A DNA stretch of 64,000 nt from Bacillota bacterium (GTDB taxonomy: Bacteria; Bacillota; Limnochordia; DTU087): positions 14,141-78,140 of the forward strand of contig JAAYHH010000011.1 in assembly GCA_012735435.1 (NCBI GenBank). Direction: 5' to 3'. Positions 8,693 through 17,119 of this stretch are shown here, in pieces (within the stretch, counting starts at the first letter, position 1; each line of letters opens with the position of its first letter). A program made the translations under genes and the position numbers. The notes under the pieces are model-generated. The model was not told where the DNA came from. It saw only the letters and a list, made by a program, of their open reading frames with translations, and did no database searches.

Positions 8693-9940
8693 TTATGCAG
8701 ACCCTTCGGTTTTTGACACAAGGGATTCCACTACATGCCGAAGAGCCAGCTCTACATGTTCTTTACACAGCCCTCCCTGCAGGTACGCTATATAGGGAGC
8801 CCGCAGCGGCCCATCAGCACTTAATTCTATGGAAGAGCCCTGAATGAAAGTACCCCCAGCCATAATGACGGGGTCTTCATAACCAGGCATATCCCCCGGC
8901 ACCGGCTGAACAAAGCTGTCTACAGGAGAGGCTGCCTGAATGCCCTGACAAAAGGTCAGCAGTGCTTCCTTTGTTGACATCTCCACAGCTTGAACAATAT
9001 CCCCTCTCGGCTCATTCCATCGGGGAGAAACGGGATACCCAAGATCTTCCATGACCTTTGCCGCAAGAACGGCTCCGGCAAGTGCCTCACCCACCACGTG
9101 GGGTGCCATCCACAATCCCTGCAGGATCCAGCGATTTAGCCCAAAGGTTGGTCCCAGCTTGCCCCCTAATCCCGGAGCTGTCATTCGATCAGCGACAGCC
9201 TCGAGGAGATGGGCACTACCAACTACATAGCCGCCCCCCGCCACTAGACCCCCGCCAGGATTTTTGATCAGAGAACCAGCTATTAGGTCCGCTCCCACGT
9301 GGCACGGCTCCTGGGTTTCGACAAATTCTCCGTAGCAATTATCGACGAAGATGATAGTCTTGGGGCTGATTTCTCTCACCAGGGAAACAATAGCTCCGAT
9401 TTCATCAATACTTAGGGCTGGGCGCCAGCTGTAACCCCGGGAGCGCTGAATTAGCGCCATTTTGGTTCCAGGGCTGACAGCAGCCAAAATTCCCTCTTTA
9501 CTCCATCTGCCCTCCTCATCCAGCGGTACCTCTCTATAGGAAATGCCCTGGCACACTAAACTTCGGGGCAAATCACCTTTTATGCCGATGACCTGCTGCA
9601 GGGTATCATAGGGGGCTCCAGTGAGGGAGATTAGCTCATCCCCCGGCTCCAACAAAGCCGCGAGGCAAGTGGCTATGGCGTGGGTTCCAGAAACCAGCTG
9701 AGGTCGAACCAGGGCAGCTTCTCCGCCAAAGATCTGGGCATATATAGACTCAATAGTTTCACGGCCGCTGTCGTTATAGCCGTAGCCGGTGCTGCCGGCA
9801 AAATGATACTCACTCACATGATGGTCTTGAAATGCCGCCAGTACCCGGGCTTGGTTGACCAGCTTAATCCTTTCGATCTCATCCCATTTGGGTCTAACGG
9901 CTGTCTTAGCTTCATGAATCAACTGCTGAACTGATTGCAT
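8693..9940 (-). CDS. PLP-dependent Cys/Met-metabolism family protein (aluminium-resistance/YnbB-like)
   Basis: About 415 aa with a PLP-fold signature. The N-terminal part resembles B. subtilis YnbB-family proteins, and in B. subtilis ynbB lies next to spoVK/ynbA, a synteny echoed here. Confidence 0.6.
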   Translation of the reverse strand: MQSVQQLIHEAKTAVRPKWDEIERIKLVNQARVLAAFQDHHVSEYHFAGSTGYGYNDSGRETIESIYAQIFGGEAALVRPQLVSGTHAIATCLAALLEPGDELISLTGAPYDTLQQVIGIKGDLPRSLVCQGISYREVPLDEEGRWSKEGILAAVSPGTKMALIQRSRGYSWRPALSIDEIGAIVSLVREISPKTIIFVDNCYGEFVETQEPCHVGADLIAGSLIKNPGGGLVAGGGYVVGSAHLLEAVADRMTAPGLGGKLGPTFGLNRWILQGLWMAPHVVGEALAGAVLAAKVMEDLGYPVSPRWNEPRGDIVQAVEMSTKEALLTFCQGIQAASPVDSFVQPVPGDMPGYEDPVIMAGGTFIQGSSIELSADGPLRAPYIAYLQGGLCKEHVELALRHVVESLVSKTEGSA

Positions 9941-10072
9941 ATTATTCTCCTTATACAGTATCGATTCGATTATGAACTTGAGCTCCTGCTGCTTGCTGCT
10001 CTTGGACCAAGACTATTAACCTGCTGAACCAAGACTCTTCATGGAATCTATTGAAACTGGGCCCTTTGTTTC

Positions 10073-11329
10073 TTAAGAAAAGCGAATGCCGGCATCTTTA
10101 AGCCGCTTCAATGCTGCTTCAATCCTTTCCTTCTCGACACAAAGGGATATGCGGATATACCCCTCGCCATACTCACCATACCCATTTCCTGGTGTGACTA
10201 CAACTCCCGTCTTTTCCAAAAGCTCGGCGGCAAACTGTGTGGAGGTATATCCCTTGGGAACAGGGGCCCATACGTATATGGTACCCTTAGGTTTTTCGAT
10301 CTTCCAGCCTAGTTCCTGCAGACCCTCCACCATGAGATCCCGCCGCTCCCTGTAGACCTCTCTCATAACGTCTACAGAATCCTGGGGTCCACGTAAGGCC
10401 TCTATACCTGCCAGTTGGACAGCAGAAAAAACTCCAGAGTCGATATTGCCCTTAACCCTGGCTAAAGCTTCAATGACTTCTGCATTTCCGGCGGCCCAGC
10501 CCAGCCGCCAGCCGGTCATATTGTAGGTCTTGGAAAGGGAATGGAATTCGATGCCGACTTCCTTGGCACCATCGATCTCAAGAAAACTTAAGGGACGATA
10601 GCCGTCGAAGGCTACTTCGCTGTAAGCGGCATCATGACAGACGATGATATCATACTCCCGAGCGAAGGCAACGACATCTTCGTAAAACTCCCTGGGGGCC
10701 ACTGCTCCAGTGGGATTGTTGGGGTAATTGAGAAACATCAGCTTCGCCTGTTTGGCTATATCGGCGGGAATGGCATCAAGGTCCGGCAGGAATCCGTTCC
10801 GTTCCAAAAGGGGCATCTTATAGCTCCTGCCCCCGGCAAACAAGGTACCGGTGTTGTAAGCGGGATAACCGGGATCGGGAACTAAGTTAATATCCCCGGG
10901 ATCCACATAGCACAGGGAAATATGGGCTAGTCCCTCTTTGGAACCAATTAAGGCCACAATCTCAGAAACCGGGTCAAGTTCTACTCCCCGCCCTTCCCGA
11001 TACCAATCGGCTACCGCCTCCCGAAAAGCAAGCATCCCCTCATAGGTGGGATAGCGGTGGGTCCATGGTTCTTCTACCGCCGACTGCAGTCTCTTGATAA
11101 TGTGGGAAGGAGTTGGCCGATCGGGATCGCCTATTCCAAAGTTGATAATATCAACCCCGGCGGCCTTAGCCTTGGCAATCTTTTTGTCTATCTCAGCGAA
11201 CAAATACGGTGGCAGTTGTTGAATACGTTTAGCAGTTTGCATCGAACCCGCGGCCAAGCCAAACGCCAGCTGTTCCTTCACCTTTAGTGAGGAAGGCAGG
11301 ATCGGCCGCCTCCACGCCTCCTTTATCAA
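10073..11329 (-). CDS. dapL: LL-diaminopimelate aminotransferase (DapL type)
   Basis: [42 protein letters not shown] is highly characteristic of DapL. Class I aminotransferase fold. The true start is probably internal (MQTAKRIQQ). Confidence 0.8.
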   Translation of the reverse strand: MIKEAWRRPILPSSLKVKEQLAFGLAAGSMQTAKRIQQLPPYLFAEIDKKIAKAKAAGVDIINFGIGDPDRPTPSHIIKRLQSAVEEPWTHRYPTYEGMLAFREAVADWYREGRGVELDPVSEIVALIGSKEGLAHISLCYVDPGDINLVPDPGYPAYNTGTLFAGGRSYKMPLLERNGFLPDLDAIPADIAKQAKLMFLNYPNNPTGAVAPREFYEDVVAFAREYDIIVCHDAAYSEVAFDGYRPLSFLEIDGAKEVGIEFHSLSKTYNMTGWRLGWAAGNAEVIEALARVKGNIDSGVFSAVQLAGIEALRGPQDSVDVMREVYRERRDLMVEGLQELGWKIEKPKGTIYVWAPVPKGYTSTQFAAELLEKTGVVVTPGNGYGEYGEGYIRISLCVEKERIEAALKRLKDAGIRFS

Positions 11330-11344
11330 TTCAGTTGTATACTT

Positions 11345-11701
11345 TCAGGGCATAGAAAAAGCTCCCATAAGCAGATTCAATACTTGCCGGAAACATCCTG
11401 CAACTACAGGCCCAAATTCACCGCCTTGAGCTCCAGCTGTCCCATCTTCACTAACTGCTTCCAGGCTGCTATCGTGGTAAACATCGGGAGCACAGTCGGG
11501 CGTCTCTTGATCATGGTCGCTGCCGGCTGCAAGGGATCGGGAATCACAGATGGGACAGCAGCCCTCCTCAAGGCTTCGCCGCCTGGCATCCAAAAGGCCG
11601 TAGGCCATCCCTGCCTGAAACCCCTGGGCAAGTCCCAGCCGGCGGCCCGCCGCAAAACCAGCCAGTATACTCACAAGAATGATCAGTACTATCTTAATCA
11701 C
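11345..11701 (-). CDS. small membrane-anchored Cys-containing hypothetical protein
   Basis: N-terminal TM (IVLIILVSILAGFAAG). CC..C motif. 8-bp overlap with the upstream gene and a 15-bp gap to dapL. Confidence 0.3.
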   Translation of the reverse strand: MIKIVLIILVSILAGFAAGRRLGLAQGFQAGMAYGLLDARRRSLEEGCCPICDSRSLAAGSDHDQETPDCAPDVYHDSSLEAVSEDGTAGAQGGEFGPVVAGCFRQVLNLLMGAFSMP

Positions 11702-12308
11702 CGGTTTGACCTCCCGTTCCTGCTCCCGATTCCTGGATGATTACAACCACCAGGCTGCCCAATAACACCAGCACCAACTTGAGCAGATCTAAATAGGCCG
11801 AGACAGCGACTGCCAACGCGGCTGCTAGGGCAGTTTCGACTACTCCCCACTTAACAGCCCAATTGCCGGCGCCGGTCAGCCGATCCTCCCGCCGATCCCG
11901 CAGATCATCGATGGCCTGTAAAGCAAAAATTGCTGTCCAAGAGGTCAGCATTTCCTGCCAGTCAAAAAAGAGGAAGGCAAGCAGTCCCAAAATTAAAGCC
12001 TCCTGCCATCCTGTCAGACCCAAGCTCAACGGTCGGGTTAAGTCCCCTCGCATTCCCATGGTATAACTAGCCCAGAAAAGGGTTACAGACCAAACCGGGT
12101 GAGCGGCGGCCCCGAGGCTTAAGGCCGCAAGGGCATAGGGTAAAGCACCTTCTTCAAGTTCAGCGGCCCAAGTCCTCTTGCCTATCATTTGATCGAAGGG
12201 AGCATCTAGATAATCATCCATCAGTTTGACAGCGGTGCCGGTAAAAAAACAGGCCAGGGCCGAGCGGATGAGGGAAAGCATGGGAAGGTCAAAGATGGCG
12301 CCAGACAA
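11694..12308 (-). CDS. integral membrane hypothetical protein
   Basis: Several predicted TM helices. Overlaps the 3' end of the GTPase gene by 20 bp. Confidence 0.4.
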   Translation of the reverse strand: MSGAIFDLPMLSLIRSALACFFTGTAVKLMDDYLDAPFDQMIGKRTWAAELEEGALPYALAALSLGAAAHPVWSVTLFWASYTMGMRGDLTRPLSLGLTGWQEALILGLLAFLFFDWQEMLTSWTAIFALQAIDDLRDRREDRLTGAGNWAVKWGVVETALAAALAVAVSAYLDLLKLVLVLLGSLVVVIIQESGAGTGGQTGD

Positions 12309-12897
12309 ATTGTTTCACCTCGGCAAAGCCGGTTTTAAGCAGTGCAGAAATTGGGAGAATTACATGTCCGGGAAACTCCCGGCGAATCTGAACTAAACCG
12401 GCGGCGGCTTCTGGCAGGTCCATTTTGTTGGCGAGAATAGCATATCCTGTCCGCATACCGCCGAATTGAGCAACTTGCCAGTCCACGGGTCCCACAGCCT
12501 CCACTGCGCCCTCCTTACCGACGCTGCTGGCATCAATCAAGTGCAGGATGACGGCAGCTTCCCGAACTTGGGCCAGGGTCTGGGCCATGGCCCGCCTGAC
12601 CATTGATTCTTCGGGAATGCCGTCGGTGAGGCCGCTGGTATCCAGTAGGGCAAAGCGCTTTTTGCCCTTAAGTCCCGGCATCTGAATCTCCAAGCGCTGT
12701 AAACCTAAGGTATGGTGGGGATTTGGACTGGTAAGTTCCTCTACGGCCTCCTTTTGAGTTAAGGTTCGGCGATATGTTTCCCCGTTGGGGGTGGTGAAAT
12801 CTATATCGAGCCGGGAGACCCCGAGGTAGCCGGCAAAGTTGACGGCAAAAAGGGTCTTGCCCACATTAGCTTTGCCGATGATCATGCAAGCTTTCAA
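12289..12897 (-). CDS. small P-loop GTPase (HflX/Era-like G domain only)
   Basis: G1 GKANVGKT, G3 DTSG, G4 NKMD, G5 SAL. A 3-bp gap to spoVK-like occupies the position of ynbA(hflX) in B. subtilis, but this protein is only about 200 aa. Confidence 0.7.
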   Translation of the reverse strand: MKACMIIGKANVGKTLFAVNFAGYLGVSRLDIDFTTPNGETYRRTLTQKEAVEELTSPNPHHTLGLQRLEIQMPGLKGKKRFALLDTSGLTDGIPEESMVRRAMAQTLAQVREAAVILHLIDASSVGKEGAVEAVGPVDWQVAQFGGMRTGYAILANKMDLPEAAAGLVQIRREFPGHVILPISALLKTGFAEVKQFVWRHL

Positions 12898-12899
12898 GC

Positions 12900-13865
12900 T
12901 TACAATCCCTCCCCGAAATCCTCCGCTTCTATATACATCAGGTCTTCCCGGGTCACTTCGCCTGGCTTCTGCACCAACCGGACGGCCTGCCGGCGAATAG
13001 CCAGCTCAATCCAGTTGCGGACGGTGCGGGCATTACCGAAGGTATATGAATCATTACGCAAACCCCTCTGAATCAAAAGGGCCAGCCGCCGGCGCGCTCC
13101 TTCACTCAATCGGTATTGGCGTTTTTCGAGCATCAATTCTGCGATGGCAAGGAGCTCCTGGGCATTGTAATCAGGAAAATCTATATGGATAGGAAACCGA
13201 GACCGCAAACCGGGATTGCTCTGGAGGAAAAAGTTCATTTCCTCGGTGTATCCCGCCAGGATGAGGATGAACTCCTGCTTGTGGTCCTCCATAGCTTTGA
13301 CCAAGGTGTCTATGGCTTCCTTGCCAAAATCCTTTTCGCCGCCCCGGGCAAGGGAGTATGCCTCATCGATAAACAAAATGCCGCCCAGAGCCTTCCTAAT
13401 CTGTTCCCGGGTTTTCTGGGCAGTATGCCCGATATATTCCCCCACTAGGTCTGCCCGTTCCACCTCCACCAGGTGTCCCCTAGGCAGGACTCCCATATGG
13501 CGAAACATGCGGCCTAAAATTCTAGCTACGGTAGTCTTGCCGGTACCGGGATTTCCCCGGAAGATGGTATGGAGAACCAGCGGCTCGGTAACCAGCCGTT
13601 CTTCTGTCCGCCGCTTTTGAATCTGTACAAAGGCTTGAATCTCCCTAACAAGCTGCTTGACCTCTGTTAGGCCGATTAGCCCATCTAATTCAGCCAATAC
13701 ATCCTTTAGCTTCTCCTGGGTTTCCTTAGGCTGGCTGTTTGCAATTTCAACCCGCTCTCCTATAGTTCGAAAAAGGGCAAAGGCTTCGGCCGGCGAAACC
13801 CTGCCCTCCTCCAGCCAGTCCAGGACTTCTTCCACTGTCATCGGGGCTAAATTGCGGTTATGCAT
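12900..13865 (-). CDS. spoVK: AAA+ ATPase, stage V sporulation protein K-like
   Basis: Walker A GNPGTGKT, Walker B ILFIDEAY, second-region ILAGYTEEMNFF. About 320 aa, as in SpoVK. Confidence 0.8.
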   Translation of the reverse strand: MHNRNLAPMTVEEVLDWLEEGRVSPAEAFALFRTIGERVEIANSQPKETQEKLKDVLAELDGLIGLTEVKQLVREIQAFVQIQKRRTEERLVTEPLVLHTIFRGNPGTGKTTVARILGRMFRHMGVLPRGHLVEVERADLVGEYIGHTAQKTREQIRKALGGILFIDEAYSLARGGEKDFGKEAIDTLVKAMEDHKQEFILILAGYTEEMNFFLQSNPGLRSRFPIHIDFPDYNAQELLAIAELMLEKRQYRLSEGARRRLALLIQRGLRNDSYTFGNARTVRNWIELAIRRQAVRLVQKPGEVTREDLMYIEAEDFGEGL

Positions 13866-13945
13866 CCTCCCACCCCACGGATGCTGTGTTTTCGGTGCCT
13901 TATCATATATATGTAAATAGGCTTGTAAATGTGTTGATGATTAGG

Positions 13946-13980
13946 CATAAAAAAAGAAAAGAGCTCCTTCTGCAGCTCCT
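13946..13980 (-). terminator. putative intrinsic terminator after hfq
   Basis: Short GAGCT/AGCTC stem followed on the minus strand by TTTTCTTTTTTTATG. Confidence 0.4.
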
Positions 13981-14011
13981 TTCTTTACAAAACAAAAGAG
14001 TTACGTGGGCT

Positions 14012-14251
14012 TTACTCTCCATTTGAAGGGGTGGCTAGAGTGAAGGGCTTTTGAGGTGTAATCGTTGAAATAGCGTGCTTATAAATCAAGTCATTTCTTC
14101 CGTCGCTTTCCAGCAGTACAGTAAAATTGTCGAAGGCCCGAATAAGTCCCCGCAGCTGCACTCCATTAATCAGATAGATGATGACTGGAATATGTTCCTT
14201 ACGAATCTGATTGAGATAGAAATCCTGCAATCCAATCGCTGTTTTTGCCAT
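14012..14251 (-). CDS. hfq: RNA chaperone Hfq
   Basis: [57 protein letters not shown] covers the Sm1/Sm2 motifs. Start taken at MAKTAIG; the longer ORF extension would overlap miaA. Confidence 0.9.
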   Translation of the reverse strand: MAKTAIGLQDFYLNQIRKEHIPVIIYLINGVQLRGLIRAFDNFTVLLESDGRNDLIYKHAISTITPQKPFTLATPSNGE

Positions 14252-14313
14252 ACATGCTCCTCCTAATGCTGCCCGACTGCCGTTGATACACCCCCATGCA
14301 TTCGTATTTCCTT

Positions 14314-15249
14314 TCATATGTGAAAATTCCTCCAATAAATGGACACAATCTTGTGTACTGCGTCACGAATATTTAATCGGTCGAGGTCCAGCCATACGAT
14401 TTCCTTGTCCCGCCGGAACCAGGTTAGCTGGCGCTTGGCGTAGCGGCGGGTATCCCGCTTAAGGAGGCGAACAGCCTCCTCCAAATCATACTCTCCCCGC
14501 AGGTAGCCCACCAACTCCTTGTAGCCTAGGGCCTGCATGGCTGTGGAATCATCACTTAGGCCCTGCTGTAAAAGGCCCCTTACCTCATCCAACAGTCCAG
14601 CCTCCATCATGAGATCGACCCTGGCGTTGATGCGCTCATAGAGCCTGGCCCGATTGCGAATGAGTCCAAACTTCACCGATCTATGCCTGGGTCCCCGCTC
14701 CCTTTGCATCTTAAGGTGCTGGGAAAGGGCCTGACCTGTGGAATAGAATACTTCCAGGGCCCTGATAATCCGGCGGCGGTCATTGGGATGAAGCCTCCGG
14801 GCTGTTTCTGGATCCACCTGGGCTAGCTGCGCATGGAGCGCTTTGTTGCCCTTAATATCCGCCATCTCCTCCAACCTAGCCCGGAGCTCCGGATCCTTTC
14901 CTTCGGGGCTAAACACAAATCCCTGCAAGACAGCTTGAATGTAAAGCCCAGTACCCCCAGTCAAGATGGGAGTCTTGTCCCTTTTGGCCAGGTCTGCAAG
15001 AACTTCCTCCACCATGGCCTGGTAATCAGCGACGCTGAACTCATCTTGAGGATCAACTACGTCCAACAGGTGGTGGGGGATCCCCTGGCGTTCCTCTTCT
15101 GTGGGCTTGGCCGTGCCGATATCCAAGCCTCGATAAACCTGCATTGAATCGGCGGAGATAATCTCTCCATCTACCTCTTTTGCTACCTCAATGGCCAGCT
15201 CCGTCTTGCCTACTGCTGTAGGTCCTACAATTACCAATATGGGGCGCAT
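14314..15249 (-). CDS. miaA: tRNA dimethylallyltransferase MiaA
   Basis: P-loop [16 protein letters not shown]. Motifs [16 protein letters not shown] and RR..RALEV. Start taken at [11 protein letters not shown]. Confidence 0.9.
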   Translation of the reverse strand: MRPILVIVGPTAVGKTELAIEVAKEVDGEIISADSMQVYRGLDIGTAKPTEEERQGIPHHLLDVVDPQDEFSVADYQAMVEEVLADLAKRDKTPILTGGTGLYIQAVLQGFVFSPEGKDPELRARLEEMADIKGNKALHAQLAQVDPETARRLHPNDRRRIIRALEVFYSTGQALSQHLKMQRERGPRHRSVKFGLIRNRARLYERINARVDLMMEAGLLDEVRGLLQQGLSDDSTAMQALGYKELVGYLRGEYDLEEAVRLLKRDTRRYAKRQLTWFRRDKEIVWLDLDRLNIRDAVHKIVSIYWRNFHI

Positions 15250-15277
15250 GCCCTTCACTCCCACTGTCGTAATTGAT

Positions 15278-17116
15278 TTAGCGCCTGCCGAACCGCCGAT
15301 GAATATCATCTAGTGCCAGCCGCACTATCACAGGCCTGCCGTGGGGGCAAGTAAAGGGGTTCTTGGTATTTAAGAGGCTGTCGATCAGGTCTTGCATCGA
15401 TGTCGGTGATAGTTTTTCACCGGCCTTGACAGCTCCTTTGCAGGCCATGAGAATTAAGGCATTCTCCCGATAATCATTAGTCTCTCCCTTAGTGATAACT
15501 CCCAACAACAGCTCTTCCAGGTCCTTTGCTCCTATCCCGGAAAGTTGAGCAGGAACCGAACGGACCAGGCAGTCCTTTGAGCCGAACTCCTCAACCTCAA
15601 AGCCCAGCTCCTCTAGCCTAGACGACCATTCCAAGATAGCCGCTGCCGCCGCTGGTCCCAGCTCCAAGTGGATTGGTACAAGGAGGGGCTGGGTCTTAAT
15701 GCGGCTTGTCTCTAGTTCTCCTAGAAAACGTTCATAAAGGATCCGCTCATGGGCTGTGTGCTGATCGATCAGCCATAATTCCTTTTCTGCTTCAACCAAG
15801 ATATATGTTGCCTGAAACTGTCCCAGGATCCGGTGGAATGTGTGCTTAGGAGCAAGGCCAGTGTCGGCATTACCACGATGGGAAGGTGCGGCATCTGGTG
15901 TGGAAACCTTTCGCTTGCTCTCAGTGGTGATGGTGACATCACTAGAGGGCAGCCTGCAGCCAGCTTCGATCCCGGCTGCCTTCTTCGGCCGTACCGGGGG
16001 AATCACCGGGATTGCTCTTCTTTCCAGTGAAGGAGAAGGCGCATCCATGGTCTCCTGCACAAAGCTCGGCTTCCCGGCAGGTTCCGTAGTCTCATCCTGC
16101 CGGGGAAAGGCCCAGGGCTCAAAGGGTGTCGTTGCTTCCAGGGCCTGCTTTACAGCCAGCAGCACCTGCCGGTATACTTCGCTGCTCTCACTTAAGCGGA
16201 TCTCCCGCTTGGTGGGATGTACATTGACATCGACCCTGCTTGGCTCTATGGTCAGTGCCAGCACTCCGATGGGAAAACGGCGCCGGGGAAGCAGGGTTTG
16301 GTAGCCCTTTTCCATGGCACTGGCAAGCAGGGGGCTTTCAACGACCCGCCCGTTGACAAGGAATGTCTGTGCCTGCCTATTGCCCCGGTGAATTTCCGGT
16401 TTGCAAATATATCCGCTGATGGTGAGATAGCCGCTCTCCCGGTAAACAGGAACTAGATGTTTGCCGATGCGGGAGCCGTAAATACTCCACATTACCGCCT
16501 CCATGTTGCCGTCACCCGGCGTAACAAAGATCTCTTCCCCATCAGATACCAATCGAAAGCGGACATTGGGATTAGCTAAGGCCAATCGTCCCACAATATC
16601 AAAGACGTAGCGCCGCTCGCTGGCTGCTTGATTGAGGAATTTATAGCGGGCAGGAGTATTGAAAAAAAGCCTCTGTACAGTAACTGCTGTGCCAATGGGC
16701 GCCCCTACACTCTCCAGACGGATCCTTCTGCCGCCTGAGAAGGCGATCAGTGTTCCCATGGGAGCTTCTTGGGTTCTAGTTACCATCTCCAACTCCGACA
16801 CAGCCGCGATGCTGGGCAGTGCTTCACCCCGAAAGCCCAAGGTGACAATCCTAAAGAGGTCATCGGCTGAGCGGATCTTGCTGGTGGCGTGGCGTTCAAA
16901 GGCCAGGGGTACTTCTTCCGGCGGGATGCCGTGGCCGTTGTCTACGATCCTCAGATACTCCTTACCGCCCTCTCGGATTTCAATATCGATACTGGTGGCT
17001 CCAGCATCCAGGGAGTTTTCCACAATTTCCTTGACAACCGAGGCCGGCCTTTCTACAACTTCGCCGGCGGCGATCTTGTTGGCAGTATTCTCTTCCAAAA
17101 CTATAATTGGAGTCAT
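15278..17116 (-). CDS. mutL: DNA mismatch repair protein MutL
   Basis: GHKL ATPase motifs (VVKEIVENSLDAGAT, IVDNGHGI). C-terminal dimerisation domain. Sits adjacent to mutS. Confidence 0.95.
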   Translation of the reverse strand: MTPIIVLEENTANKIAAGEVVERPASVVKEIVENSLDAGATSIDIEIREGGKEYLRIVDNGHGIPPEEVPLAFERHATSKIRSADDLFRIVTLGFRGEALPSIAAVSELEMVTRTQEAPMGTLIAFSGGRRIRLESVGAPIGTAVTVQRLFFNTPARYKFLNQAASERRYVFDIVGRLALANPNVRFRLVSDGEEIFVTPGDGNMEAVMWSIYGSRIGKHLVPVYRESGYLTISGYICKPEIHRGNRQAQTFLVNGRVVESPLLASAMEKGYQTLLPRRRFPIGVLALTIEPSRVDVNVHPTKREIRLSESSEVYRQVLLAVKQALEATTPFEPWAFPRQDETTEPAGKPSFVQETMDAPSPSLERRAIPVIPPVRPKKAAGIEAGCRLPSSDVTITTESKRKVSTPDAAPSHRGNADTGLAPKHTFHRILGQFQATYILVEAEKELWLIDQHTAHERILYERFLGELETSRIKTQPLLVPIHLELGPAAAAAILEWSSRLEELGFEVEEFGSKDCLVRSVPAQLSGIGAKDLEELLLGVITKGETNDYRENALILMACKGAVKAGEKLSPTSMQDLIDSLLNTKNPFTCPHGRPVIVRLALDDIHRRFGRR

Positions 17117-17119
17117 TCC

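Noticed and set aside
15840-16304. Plus-strand ORFs inside mutL/mutS (15840-16304, 16659-17279, 17257-17580 and others)
   Set aside because: They lie antisense to long, well-supported minus-strand genes. Their proteins are low-complexity (Ser/Ala/Arg-rich), which is typical of shadow ORFs in GC-rich coding DNA.
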